This document shows, piece by piece, positions 55,585-64,000 of a stretch of 64,000 bases of DNA. The notes under the pieces were generated by a model. The model worked only from the letters and a program-made list of their open reading frames with translations. It had not been told where the DNA came from and did no database searches. A program made the position numbers and the translations under genes. Location of the stretch: the NCBI GenBank assembly GCA_963705905.1, contig OY970123.1:774919-838918 (forward strand), written 5' to 3'. The stretch is from an uncultured Chloroflexia bacterium. Its GTDB lineage: Bacteria > Chloroflexota > Dehalococcoidia > GIF9 > UBA5629. Numbering within the stretch: the first letter of the stretch is position 1; every line of letters begins with the position of its first letter.

Positions 55585-56301
55585 TTACCCTGTTTTCAAA
55601 GGAACATTCTCGCTGCAACAGCTTTCTATGGCCTGCACTACGTTTTCCGTGTCGGCTAAATCCTTGAATGCGTAATCAGCACCTGCGTTTTTCAGGTCGT
55701 CAACTGAATGAACGCCGGTGGCGACCGCGACGGACAGGGCCTTGATCTTCCTGGCACAGTCTACGTCCCTGAGGGCATCGCCGATGATCACCACTTGTTT
55801 TCCTGAAAACTTCGTGCCTGTAAGATCCCCGGCTTTGCTCACGGCCAGTTTTGCCATATCCAGTCGGGTTTTGGCTTCGGTGCCGTAGACCTCAAACCTG
55901 AAATACCCGTCGAGACCGGCTGATGCAAGCACCTTGCCGGCAATTGCCGGTGAGTCCCCGGTATAAAGGACGATCATATGTCCGTCCTTTGTCAAACGCT
56001 GCAGCAATTGCCGCACACCAGGCAAAACATATCCCGACAGATCAGGCGGCATCAGAGAAAAAAATATTTGCTCATATTCGGCCAACAGTTCTGCCATGCG
56101 GACACGTACTGAGTCAGCATCGATGCCATTCACCCTGGCAAGTTCTGCGATATTGTCGGTCAGGCTTCGGCCCGAAAAATCAATCCCCGTCAACTTCGCA
56201 TCTATATTGAATTCCTTCAGGAAGAGCCGCCGGACGGTTTCCGCATGGCCCGGCAGGAAATCCACCAGCGTCTGGTCCAGGTCGAAAATTATTAGCTTCA
56301 T
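55585..56301 (-). CDS. HAD-superfamily hydrolase
   Basis: MKLIIFDLDQTLVDF motif I (DxD), and motif IV GD. Confidence 0.75.
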   Translation of the reverse strand: MKLIIFDLDQTLVDFLPGHAETVRRLFLKEFNIDAKLTGIDFSGRSLTDNIAELARVNGIDADSVRVRMAELLAEYEQIFFSLMPPDLSGYVLPGVRQLLQRLTKDGHMIVLYTGDSPAIAGKVLASAGLDGYFRFEVYGTEAKTRLDMAKLAVSKAGDLTGTKFSGKQVVIIGDALRDVDCARKIKALSVAVATGVHSVDDLKNAGADYAFKDLADTENVVQAIESCCSENVPLKTG

Positions 56302-56324
56302 GATAAATTACCAATACAATGCTG

Positions 56325-56358
56325 CCGGAGCCCGAAAGCTCCGGCAGCATTAAAGGAG
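56325..56358. terminator. perfect 14-bp stem hairpin (AATGCTGCCGGAGC-CCGAAA-GCTCCGGCAGCATT) downstream of the usp gene
   Basis: Perfect palindrome with no strong T-run, so terminator status is tentative. Confidence 0.35.
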
Positions 56359-56402
56359 AAACCCTTAGCTGTTAATATCCAACTCCATTTATTAATGCCT
56401 GA

Positions 56403-56879
56403 TTATTTTTTATAAAGGTTGCCACAGCCTTTGACCCGGACCATCAGAACCGGTACGCAGACGCCGTGTAAGAGCTTATCGGCCACGCTCCCCCATATCC
56501 AGCGGCTGAAGCCGGACCGTCCATGCGTTGCCATTATCACAAGGTCGATTTTATTATGATCGACAAAGTCGATGATAGTATCTGCAGGAAGACCGTACAA
56601 AATTTTGACTGATGTTTTAATGCCCGCTACAGTCATTCGGGCAGCTATCTTATCGAGGTATTTTTCCGCCTTCGTTTTTTCGTCTTTCTCCACTTGCTCC
56701 ATCTGAGGCAACGTCAGACCCGGGGTCAGGGCTTCTGTATACGGAATCATAAATGGTTCGATAACACGCAACAATATAACCTGGGGATTCTGGCACCCTC
56801 TGGCAATGGTCTCAGCATGTTCAATGGCTGTCTCAGACAGCTCCGAACCATCCAGCGTCACTACTATATTTTTGTACAT
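56403..56879 (-). CDS. universal stress protein (UspA family)
   Basis: IVVTLDGSELSETAIEHA ... ATP-binding G-x2-G-x9-G(S/T)-like C-terminus. Confidence 0.8.
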   Translation of the reverse strand: MYKNIVVTLDGSELSETAIEHAETIARGCQNPQVILLRVIEPFMIPYTEALTPGLTLPQMEQVEKDEKTKAEKYLDKIAARMTVAGIKTSVKILYGLPADTIIDFVDHNKIDLVIMATHGRSGFSRWIWGSVADKLLHGVCVPVLMVRVKGCGNLYKK

Positions 56880-56935
56880 ACAACTTCCTTAGACCGGATG
56901 TTTATATCCGCCGGTTCGGATAACCTTTATATGTT

Positions 56936-57331
56936 TTAGCTAACCGCGATCTGCTTATCGGACTGCCAGAGCCCATGTATATTGCACAGCGAGGTAGCAT
57001 AAATTGTTCCCGGCTTACTGAGCTTTACGGAGAAGGCCGCCTCAGGGTGGGTATATGCCGGCCCAGTATTGGGCCCCTGGGTAGATTCCCCGTGCGCCGT
57101 GAATTCGAAATGCCCCAGCTGGTAAGCGAAGTTCTCGCCCTCTGCCAGGAAATACACCGAAATCCAGCTGATATGGTGCTCGGTAGTATTAGGATGCGCA
57201 ACCTCTTTGCCTACCGAGACTTTAACGGACAGCATGTCACCCGCCTTGATTTTATCGGAGCATTCTATCACAGGAACATGTTTCTCGGCTTTCCAGTCTC
57301 CGGTCTTAAACAGCTCGGTAAATGGTTTCAT
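56936..57331 (-). CDS. superoxide reductase (neelaredoxin-type, single-domain SOR)
   Basis: EKHVPVIE, HPNTTEHHISWI and CNIHGLW ligands, aligning along the whole length with archaeal/bacterial 1Fe-SORs. Confidence 0.85.
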   Translation of the reverse strand: MKPFTELFKTGDWKAEKHVPVIECSDKIKAGDMLSVKVSVGKEVAHPNTTEHHISWISVYFLAEGENFAYQLGHFEFTAHGESTQGPNTGPAYTHPEAAFSVKLSKPGTIYATSLCNIHGLWQSDKQIAVS

Positions 57332-57390
57332 TTGCTTCCCCCTAAATTTTATTCGCTATTTTTATCATCAATTAATGCTGTCTGCGAGTC

Positions 57391-57873
57391 CTATTTTTTA
57401 GCTTTGGGCCGGCCGGCGGAAATCTTGACGCCTGCCCGTTTCGGTTTCCTGCTGTGGTCCTTGGGAAGGTCGATCTGGAGTATACCGTCGCAATAGTTGG
57501 CTTTGATCCCTGATTTCCGGACTTCCGAAGGCAACGGCAGCGAACGGTAGAAACTGCCGTATGACATTTCGCACTGAATATAGTCTCGGCCCTTGGAAGA
57601 AGACTCGGATTTCTTCTCACCTTTGATTATCAGGCCGTTGCCGACGATGTCGATATTTATATCCTCTTTCTTTACGCCCGGCACCTCAACACGCAGGGTG
57701 ATTTTATCTTTATCCGAGTACATTTCAATGATCGGCGACCATAGAAGGCTGTCGTTAGGGGTTCTCCAGAATAACGGGAACCTCGTTGCCGTGACAGGAT
57801 ACTTACCTGCCTTTTCCATACGTCCGGTGGCATCCGGCATTGTTCCTATTGCAGACATTCTTTGCATTACCAT
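57391..57873 (-). CDS. Hsp20/alpha-crystallin small heat-shock protein
   Basis: Alpha-crystallin domain: ITLRVEVPGVKKEDINIDIVGNGLIIKGEKK ... ANYCDGILQIDLPK. Confidence 0.8.
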   Translation of the reverse strand: MVMQRMSAIGTMPDATGRMEKAGKYPVTATRFPLFWRTPNDSLLWSPIIEMYSDKDKITLRVEVPGVKKEDINIDIVGNGLIIKGEKKSESSSKGRDYIQCEMSYGSFYRSLPLPSEVRKSGIKANYCDGILQIDLPKDHSRKPKRAGVKISAGRPKAKK

Positions 57874-57905
57874 GGCTTCCTCCTTACACGCGGCATATAT
57901 TTAAG

Positions 57906-58340
57906 TTACCTGGCTCCCACCTTCAAGCGGGCGCTACTGTTGTCTAGATATTCGAAACCTGCCAAGGACGATTTCCTGTAGTTGAGCAAGATCGAATCAT
58001 ACTGTGAAACGACTGACCCCTTTTCAACGACGGTTATATCCGAGCTGTCAAGCCGGTGCGGCCTCCCCAGGTAGCAGAATTTTTCCACCTTAACATCTTC
58101 TTCCAGAATGCAATGGTCAACCAGGCTATATTCGTCCACTTCTGCGTTGGATAGAAGGATGGAATTCCTGACCACTGCATGAGGTTTTACATGCACGTTG
58201 CCGGCCAGGATCGAGTTCTCGACCCGGCCCTCCACTATGCAATCAGGACCGCACCAACTGTTGTGTATATTTTTCATAAAGATCACCCCGGGTTCGGAAT
58301 TATTATCAGGGTTTTCTCCTACCCCGACTGATGACCTCAA
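57906..58340 (-). CDS. left-handed beta-helix (hexapeptide) domain protein resembling only the C-terminal domain of glucose-1-phosphate adenylyltransferase; possible gene remnant
   Basis: SWCGPDCIVEGRVENSILAGNVHVKPHAVVRNSILLSNAEVDEYSLVDHCILEEDVKV parallels the GlgC C-terminal LbH. No nucleotidyltransferase domain is present upstream. Confidence 0.4.
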   Translation of the reverse strand: MRSSVGVGENPDNNSEPGVIFMKNIHNSWCGPDCIVEGRVENSILAGNVHVKPHAVVRNSILLSNAEVDEYSLVDHCILEEDVKVEKFCYLGRPHRLDSSDITVVEKGSVVSQYDSILLNYRKSSLAGFEYLDNSSARLKVGAR

Positions 58341-58465
58341 TGGTAATCTCCACTTGATTAAATAATCATAAAATGCCCCAAAAAAGTATTAAATAATCGT
58401 GTCATTTGATGAGGTTTATGTGAAGTAGAGGCGGCGGCCTGAGGCCGCGGATTGTGGAAGATTTT

Positions 58466-59164
58466 CTATGCCGGTTTTTGTTTGAACATATAGCCCAGTT
58501 TAGGGACGGTCACAATATATTCAGGTTCGTCGGGATTATTCTCGAGCTTGTTTCTGAGCCTGCTGATCCATGTCCTCAGGATTTGAATGTCGTTACGGTA
58601 TTCCGGTCCCCAGATCCTGCTCAGCAACTCCTCATAGGCAATGACCCGTCCCGTATTTTGAACCAGTTCGGCTAGCAGGAGCCACTCAATCCTGGTCAAA
58701 TGTTCCTCTGAACCCTTAACCATCAGGCTGTGACCTTTAAAGTCTATGTGCACATCTTTTAAGGCAAGTGTTTCGACAGGCTTGCCCTTTTGCTCCTGGC
58801 CGATACGCCGGCTGATAGCTTCGATACGGGCGATAAGCTCGTTGGGATTAAAAGGTTTGGGCAGGTAGTCATCGGCTCCCAGGTTGAGCCCCTGGATTTT
58901 ATCTACATCCTCACTCCTGGCACTAAGTATGATGACCGGCACCTGAGAGAAGGTCCGCAGTTCCTTAAGAAACTCGAAACCGTCCATCTCGGGCATGACG
59001 AGGTCGAGGACGATTATATCGGGATCATAGTTATGGAAGCGTTCGAATGCTTCCTTGCCGTTGCCGGCGGTCAAAACCTCGTAACCGGAAACCCTTAGCT
59101 TGGACCTGAGAAAATTGATAATGCGCTCTTCGTCATCCACCACCAGTACATTTAATTTTTTCAT
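58466..59164 (-). CDS. OmpR-family response regulator
   Basis: Receiver domain (VLVVDDEERI...VLDLVMP) plus a winged helix (RIWGPEYRND...). Confidence 0.85.
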   Translation of the reverse strand: MKKLNVLVVDDEERIINFLRSKLRVSGYEVLTAGNGKEAFERFHNYDPDIIVLDLVMPEMDGFEFLKELRTFSQVPVIILSARSEDVDKIQGLNLGADDYLPKPFNPNELIARIEAISRRIGQEQKGKPVETLALKDVHIDFKGHSLMVKGSEEHLTRIEWLLLAELVQNTGRVIAYEELLSRIWGPEYRNDIQILRTWISRLRNKLENNPDEPEYIVTVPKLGYMFKQKPA

Positions 59165-59271
59165 AGTTTACAGTATCACGTACAAGCTATAAAAGAATGA
59201 TAATCCTGCAAGCGTTATATGTCAACAGATACGTTTTTAAGGCTTCGATTTTGGTCGCGGCTAAAGACTAT

Positions 59272-59814
59272 TTATAAATTTTCCTTTTCCAACCCTTCTA
59301 CCAGTTTCCGGTATTTTTCATGAATCAGCTTTCTGTCGAACTCCCAGAACTCCAGCAGCATCTTGTCCTGCTCTTCTTTGCTGAAATAATCCAGGATGGG
59401 ATAAAAGAAATGCTTGTCTTCTTTTTCTATATGCTCAGGGTAAAAACCGGCCAGCTCTTCCATGAGGCCAATCACGTCTTTCAAGGCTTCTGAACTACCC
59501 TTCATATAGCCCTGCCTGGCTTCGACCAGAGCGGCAACCATTTTACGGGCGTTTATATGTTCCTCTATTAACTCTTGCATTATCCTCTTGTGTTCGGGCG
59601 TCAATTGCTTTTTAGACAGGTCCCTGAAAAGAATATCCTCCTCCTTGCCGTGATGCGTCCTATCGGCATAGGTCCTGATAAAGTCGACCGCTGTTTGAAG
59701 GAACTCGACGTCGATAGTGTTGCTTTTGCGGGCCTGCGCCGCCTCTTTTTTCAAGAGAGCAATCATGCGCTCGATTAAGCGGTGCTCAACCATTAGTGGG
59801 CCGATCGGCTTCAT
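59272..59814 (-). CDS. hemerythrin-like (HHE cation-binding) domain protein
   Basis: LMVEHRLIERM ... HHGKEEDILF ... His/Glu ligand pattern. Confidence 0.75.
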   Translation of the reverse strand: MKPIGPLMVEHRLIERMIALLKKEAAQARKSNTIDVEFLQTAVDFIRTYADRTHHGKEEDILFRDLSKKQLTPEHKRIMQELIEEHINARKMVAALVEARQGYMKGSSEALKDVIGLMEELAGFYPEHIEKEDKHFFYPILDYFSKEEQDKMLLEFWEFDRKLIHEKYRKLVEGLEKENL

Positions 59815-59844
59815 CCCTTACCTCCTTATCTATATCACTTTATC

Positions 59845-60354
59845 TTATTTTTGCATTTCCTCAAGCGCCTTTTTAGCCTCGAGGTCTATGCCCAGCGTGA
59901 GTGTGCTGTCTTCCAATGCAGCCATAACATGCTTCAAAACGTCATCGTAATCACGGGTACGCAGGTCATGGAACACGTGATGTGCGCCCACCCTGACTTC
60001 ATCGGACCGGGGATGCTCGATCAAGGCGTGCAATATGGGTTTTATCGACTTGGGGCCTATCTGTATGAGTGCCTGAGCGGCCAGCCAGCGTACATCGAAC
60101 ATCTTGTCTTGCAAAGCCGTAACCAGAGCGTCCACAGCCGCAGGATCCTCGATCTCACCCAGCGATTTAGCAGCTTCCCACCTTACCACCTGATTCTTAT
60201 CTTTGAGCGCCTCTATCAGATATTTCACGGCCGGGTGCCCGATTTTGCCCAAAGCTTTCCTGGCCCTGACCCTGATCCTGCCGTCCTTGCTGCCCAGGTC
60301 CTTGACCAGTATCTTGGGATCTGTGCTTGATGGCTTACTGTTTGAAGTACTCAT
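59845..60354 (-). CDS. HEAT/PBS-lyase-repeat protein
   Basis: About five repeats of the form VRxxAAxALGxIGxPxAVxxLIxAL. Confidence 0.7.
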   Translation of the reverse strand: MSTSNSKPSSTDPKILVKDLGSKDGRIRVRARKALGKIGHPAVKYLIEALKDKNQVVRWEAAKSLGEIEDPAAVDALVTALQDKMFDVRWLAAQALIQIGPKSIKPILHALIEHPRSDEVRVGAHHVFHDLRTRDYDDVLKHVMAALEDSTLTLGIDLEAKKALEEMQK

Positions 60355-60464
60355 AACACATCCTCTGAATATTTAATTCAATATATATATCTTCAGCTTA
60401 AATAATAATAAAATTTGCCGTTTAATTATTACAAAAGAATGACATTAAATCCGGGGCGGCGATA

Positions 60465-62597
60465 TTACTTGTTGATCCGCATAAACAGCATCAGGCCATT
60501 GGGAGGAATGTCGACTGTTTTGCCTGCCTCAGTCCTGTTTTTTTTAGCCGGCAGGCCGGCCTTCGAGGTATCCAGAACGATTTGCCACCTGGTAGATTTC
60601 CTGAACTCCGGCATTTTAAATGGTATTTTATCTTTATATGCATTGAGCACCATTAGAAATGTATCGTCCTGAATGGAATTCCCTTCATCGTCGTATTCGT
60701 CCAGAGCTTCTCCGTCCAGGAGCAGTCCCACGCAGTGCACCCATGAAGTATCCCAATCGGGTTGAGCCATCTCGCTGCCGTCCGGCCGCAGCCAGACTAT
60801 ATCCCTGACTTCCTGTCCGCGTATAGGCCGTCCACTAAAGAACTGGCGCCGGCGGAATACGGGATGGTCGCGGCGCAAACAGCATAGGTCTTTTACAAAG
60901 GTTTGAAAATCCTTTTTCCCGGCGTCCAGGTCCCAGTCATACCAGCTAATCCGGTTATCCTGGCAATACGCGTTATTATTGCCGCCCTGTGTACGGCTGA
61001 GCTCGTCGCCGCCGTAGATCATGGGAACACCCTGCGACAGCATCAAGGCTGCTATAAAATTACGTTTTTGCCGCTCACGAAAATCGAGGATCGACTGGTC
61101 GTCAGTGGCGCCCTCGGCCCCACAATTAAATGACAAATTCTCATCCATGCCATCCCAAATAAAGACGCCGTTGGCTTCATTGTGCTTCTGGTTATAGCTG
61201 ACAAGGTCCTGCAGGGTAAAGCCGTCATGCGCTGTAATATAGTTGATGCTGGCGTAAGGCCGTCGGCCGTCATCCTGATAGAGGTCGCTACTGCCGGTCA
61301 GGCGGTAAGCCAGGTCGCCAACCTGTCCCTCATCGCCCCTCCAGAAGCGCCGCAGCGTATCCCTGTACTTGGCATTCCATTCTGTCCACAGGATGGGGAA
61401 ATTGCCCACCTGGTAACCCCCTTGCCCTACATCCCAGGGTTCCGCTATCAGCTTGACCTGTGATATAACCGGATCCTCCTGGATGATATCGAAAAATGCC
61501 GATAACCTGTCCACTTCATGCAAATTCCTGGCCAGGGCCGAGGCCAGGTCGAACCTGAAACCATCCACGTGCATCTCCGTCACCCAGTAGCGCAGGCTAT
61601 CCATAATCAGCTTCAATACCTGGGGCTGCTGTACGTTCAAGCTGTTCCCGGTGCCGGTGTAGTCCACATAGTAGCGCTTGTTGGACGGATCCAGCCGGTA
61701 GTACGTTTCATTATCTATACCCCGATAGCTAAGGGTAGGACCAAACTGATTGCCTTCGGCAGTGTGATTGTATACGACATCCAGGATTACTTCGATGCCC
61801 GCCCGGTGTAAGGCCTTGACCATGCGTTTAAACTCCACGACCTGTCCTCCCCCGTCCCCCGAGGAGGAATAGCGCGAGGTTGGGGAAAAATAGTTGATGC
61901 TGTAATAACCCCAATAATTGGTCAGGCCCCTGTTAATCACTCCCTTATCATCGGTGAATTCATGCACGGGCATTAGTTCCAGGGCAGTGATGCCCAGTCG
62001 TTTGAAATAGTCCAGCATGACATCGGACGCCAACGCAGCATAACTCCCGCGGTGTCGTGCCTCGATCTCAGGATGTTGGATCGTACAGCCCCTGACATGC
62101 GTCTCATAAATAATGCTTTTCGGCCAGGGTATGGAGGGAGGGCGGTCATTGTCCCAGTCGAAAGATGGATCGATAACCACGCACCTGGGTGTGCCCGCGC
62201 TATCATCCCGGCTATCCATAACCAGGTCATCAGCCTTAGTGGTGTCGTAACCATACAGCGGTGACTGCCAGTCGATTTTGCCGGAGATGGCCCTGGCATA
62301 GGGATCGAGGAGAAGCTTGTTCCGGTTGAATCGCAGGCCATTTCCCGGTTGATAAGGGCCGGAAGCCCGATACATATAGAGTTGTCCGGGCCTGAGCCCA
62401 GGCACACACATATTCCAAATCTGTCCCCTGACTTCTCTAAAGGCAATACACTCGCTTTCGAAAACGGAGCCCTCGTCAAACAGGCAGAGCTCCATCTTTT
62501 CGGCTTTTTCGGAATAGACGGCAAAGTTAACCCCTTTGCCATCCCACGTAGCTCCAAGGGGAAAAGGATTACCCGGCAATACACCTCGTGTCATCAC
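60465..62597 (-). CDS. glgX: glycogen debranching enzyme GlgX (GH13 isoamylase-type)
   Basis: N-terminal CBM48 (LGATWDGKGVNFAVYS), and GH13 catalytic motifs (GFRFDLAS, EPWD). Confidence 0.85.
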   Translation of the reverse strand: MMTRGVLPGNPFPLGATWDGKGVNFAVYSEKAEKMELCLFDEGSVFESECIAFREVRGQIWNMCVPGLRPGQLYMYRASGPYQPGNGLRFNRNKLLLDPYARAISGKIDWQSPLYGYDTTKADDLVMDSRDDSAGTPRCVVIDPSFDWDNDRPPSIPWPKSIIYETHVRGCTIQHPEIEARHRGSYAALASDVMLDYFKRLGITALELMPVHEFTDDKGVINRGLTNYWGYYSINYFSPTSRYSSSGDGGGQVVEFKRMVKALHRAGIEVILDVVYNHTAEGNQFGPTLSYRGIDNETYYRLDPSNKRYYVDYTGTGNSLNVQQPQVLKLIMDSLRYWVTEMHVDGFRFDLASALARNLHEVDRLSAFFDIIQEDPVISQVKLIAEPWDVGQGGYQVGNFPILWTEWNAKYRDTLRRFWRGDEGQVGDLAYRLTGSSDLYQDDGRRPYASINYITAHDGFTLQDLVSYNQKHNEANGVFIWDGMDENLSFNCGAEGATDDQSILDFRERQKRNFIAALMLSQGVPMIYGGDELSRTQGGNNNAYCQDNRISWYDWDLDAGKKDFQTFVKDLCCLRRDHPVFRRRQFFSGRPIRGQEVRDIVWLRPDGSEMAQPDWDTSWVHCVGLLLDGEALDEYDDEGNSIQDDTFLMVLNAYKDKIPFKMPEFRKSTRWQIVLDTSKAGLPAKKNRTEAGKTVDIPPNGLMLFMRINK

Positions 62598-62640
62598 TAT
62601 ATAATATAAGTATACTTAATGTCAGGACGGGAGGGAATAT

Positions 62641-63990
62641 ATGATGGAACCAATGGACAGTTTACTGAATGCACAAAGAGAATTTTTCAACAGCCATAAG
62701 ACCAGGGAAATCATCTTCCGCATGGCGCAGCTTGAGAAACTGAGAGACTGCATTTTAGCTCACCAGGATAATATAGTTCAGGCCCTGCATAAAGACCTGC
62801 ACAAGCCGGCACGGGAAACCTATGCTACGGAAACCGGCTTTTGCCTGGCGGAGATAGATTATATGCTCAAGCACCTCAAGTTTTGGTCTCGCACCATCCA
62901 GGCCAGGGGGCCGCTTCTCTTTCCGGAGTCTAAAACTTATATTCAGTACGAACCGTTCGGAGTGGCCCTGATAATCTCACCCTGGAACTATCCCTTTCAA
63001 CTGACCATTTCACCTTTAGTAGGAGCATTAGCAGCCGGAAATTGCGCCGTGCTTAAACCCTCAGAATTGTCCCCCAGCACCTCCGCTGCCATTGAAAACC
63101 TCATCCATGATTGCTTTGACCCAGGTTATGTATCGGTCGTCCAGGGCGACGCCGCTGTAGCACAAAGCCTCCTTCAGCAAAAGTTCGACTACATTTTCTA
63201 TACGGGCGGCGGTGCGGTTGGAAAGTCGGTCATGAAAGCTGCGGCAGAACACCTGACCCCGGTTACACTGGAGCTGGGAGGCAAATGCCCCTGCATAGTC
63301 GATAGCGATATCGATCTGGAGAAGGCCGTCAAACGTATAGTCTGGGGCAAGTTTATGAACGCCGGGCAGACCTGCAATGCACCGGACTACCTGCTGGTTC
63401 AGCGGGACGTTAAGACCAGCGTCGTTGAAGGTCTGACGAAGTCGATCATGGAGTTCTACGGCCCTGACATCAAGGCCAGCCCGGACTATGGAAGGATAGT
63501 CAACCGGCGGCATTTCGACCGCATCTCCTCTTACCTGTCGGACGGCTCTGTGATTTTCGGCGGTCAGTCCGATGCCGAAAGCCTGTATATTGCACCGACC
63601 CTCATGGAAAATACGCCCCCGGAATCGAAGGTCATGCAGGAGGAGATTTTTGGCCCGGTCCTGCCCATCATCGAATATTCCGGTTTGGACGAGGCTATAA
63701 GGTTCGTAAACAGCCGGCCCAAACCGCTGGCCCTCTATCTTTTCTCAAACGACAAGGAGGTACAGAAGAGGGTATTGCATGAGACCAGTTCGGGAGGCGT
63801 CTGCTTAAATGATGCGGTGGTCCAGATCGCCTACCTTCAACTTCCGTTCGGAGGGGTGGGTGACAGCGGCTTCGGCAAATACCACGGGAAACACAGTTTC
63901 GAGCTGTTTTCAAACAAAAAAGGCATTATGCTGCAAACAGTGGAGCAGGACCTCGCTATCAGATATCCGCCTTACCAGACCGGCGGATGA
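62641..63990 (+). CDS. NAD(P)-dependent aldehyde dehydrogenase (class-3-like)
   Basis: ELGGKCP, catalytic Cys in GQTCNAPDY, and EEIFGPVLP motifs. Confidence 0.85.
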   Translation: MMEPMDSLLNAQREFFNSHKTREIIFRMAQLEKLRDCILAHQDNIVQALHKDLHKPARETYATETGFCLAEIDYMLKHLKFWSRTIQARGPLLFPESKTYIQYEPFGVALIISPWNYPFQLTISPLVGALAAGNCAVLKPSELSPSTSAAIENLIHDCFDPGYVSVVQGDAAVAQSLLQQKFDYIFYTGGGAVGKSVMKAAAEHLTPVTLELGGKCPCIVDSDIDLEKAVKRIVWGKFMNAGQTCNAPDYLLVQRDVKTSVVEGLTKSIMEFYGPDIKASPDYGRIVNRRHFDRISSYLSDGSVIFGGQSDAESLYIAPTLMENTPPESKVMQEEIFGPVLPIIEYSGLDEAIRFVNSRPKPLALYLFSNDKEVQKRVLHETSSGGVCLNDAVVQIAYLQLPFGGVGDSGFGKYHGKHSFELFSNKKGIMLQTVEQDLAIRYPPYQTGG

Positions 63991-64000
63991 ATATCAACTC

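Overview
This 64-kb window reads as ordinary chromosome from a moderately GC-rich, probably anaerobic bacterium, punctuated by a few accessory spots. The lineage guess (Chloroflexota-like) rests on two DUF5679 zinc-ribbon mini-proteins, a 2-oxoacid:ferredoxin oxidoreductase operon, an AbfD-like dehydratase, a superoxide reductase and a hemerythrin. The backbone carries a LOG-family gene (cut by the window start), a beta-CASP MBL ribonuclease, and a GNAT(CelD/BioF2-like) / GT4(MshA-like) / PIG-L deacetylase trio. It also carries three tandem NMO/FabK-type flavin oxidoreductase paralogs flanked by two ADP-forming acyl-CoA synthetase modules, one of them fused to a GNAT domain. A complete pstSCAB-phoU locus sits next to a PhoR/PhoB-like two-component pair, with a candidate Pho box upstream of pstS. 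Further along are rpoD, a ferredoxin, a Crp-family regulator, a cation-diffusion-facilitator transporter with a structured leader, FAH and Fe-ADH genes, and recN. After that come a TIR-TM-LamG receptor-like protein convergent with a 2TM / 2xTrkA-N / 2xRyR membrane protein, then SDR, Isf-SCP2 fusion, RidA, VOC and FAD-oxidoreductase genes and a DinB-like gene. A large repeat-rich surface lipoprotein carries a 36-nt tandem repeat encoding a Pro-rich tail. The last third holds a Zn-ADH, an Hbd + porDABG-like operon, an SBP+Cache lipoprotein, TetR and YkgJ-like genes, a multi-PAS histidine kinase, an oxidative-stress cluster (Usp, SOR, Hsp20, response regulator, hemerythrin, HEAT), glgX and an ALDH. 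The strongest candidate for a novel system is an AT-rich ~3.2-kb island (about 39.9-43.1 kb). It holds a three-gene minus-strand operon: a GTG-start PIN-domain protein with a C-terminal EVE/PUA-like module, a stand-alone ASCH protein with the GxKxxExR signature, and an uncharacterised C-terminally membrane-anchored protein. The island lies beside a frameshifted remnant of an FAD-oxidoreductase paralog. The TIR/RyR-channel gene pair is the second candidate. No rRNA, tRNA, CRISPR array, integrase or transposase was seen.
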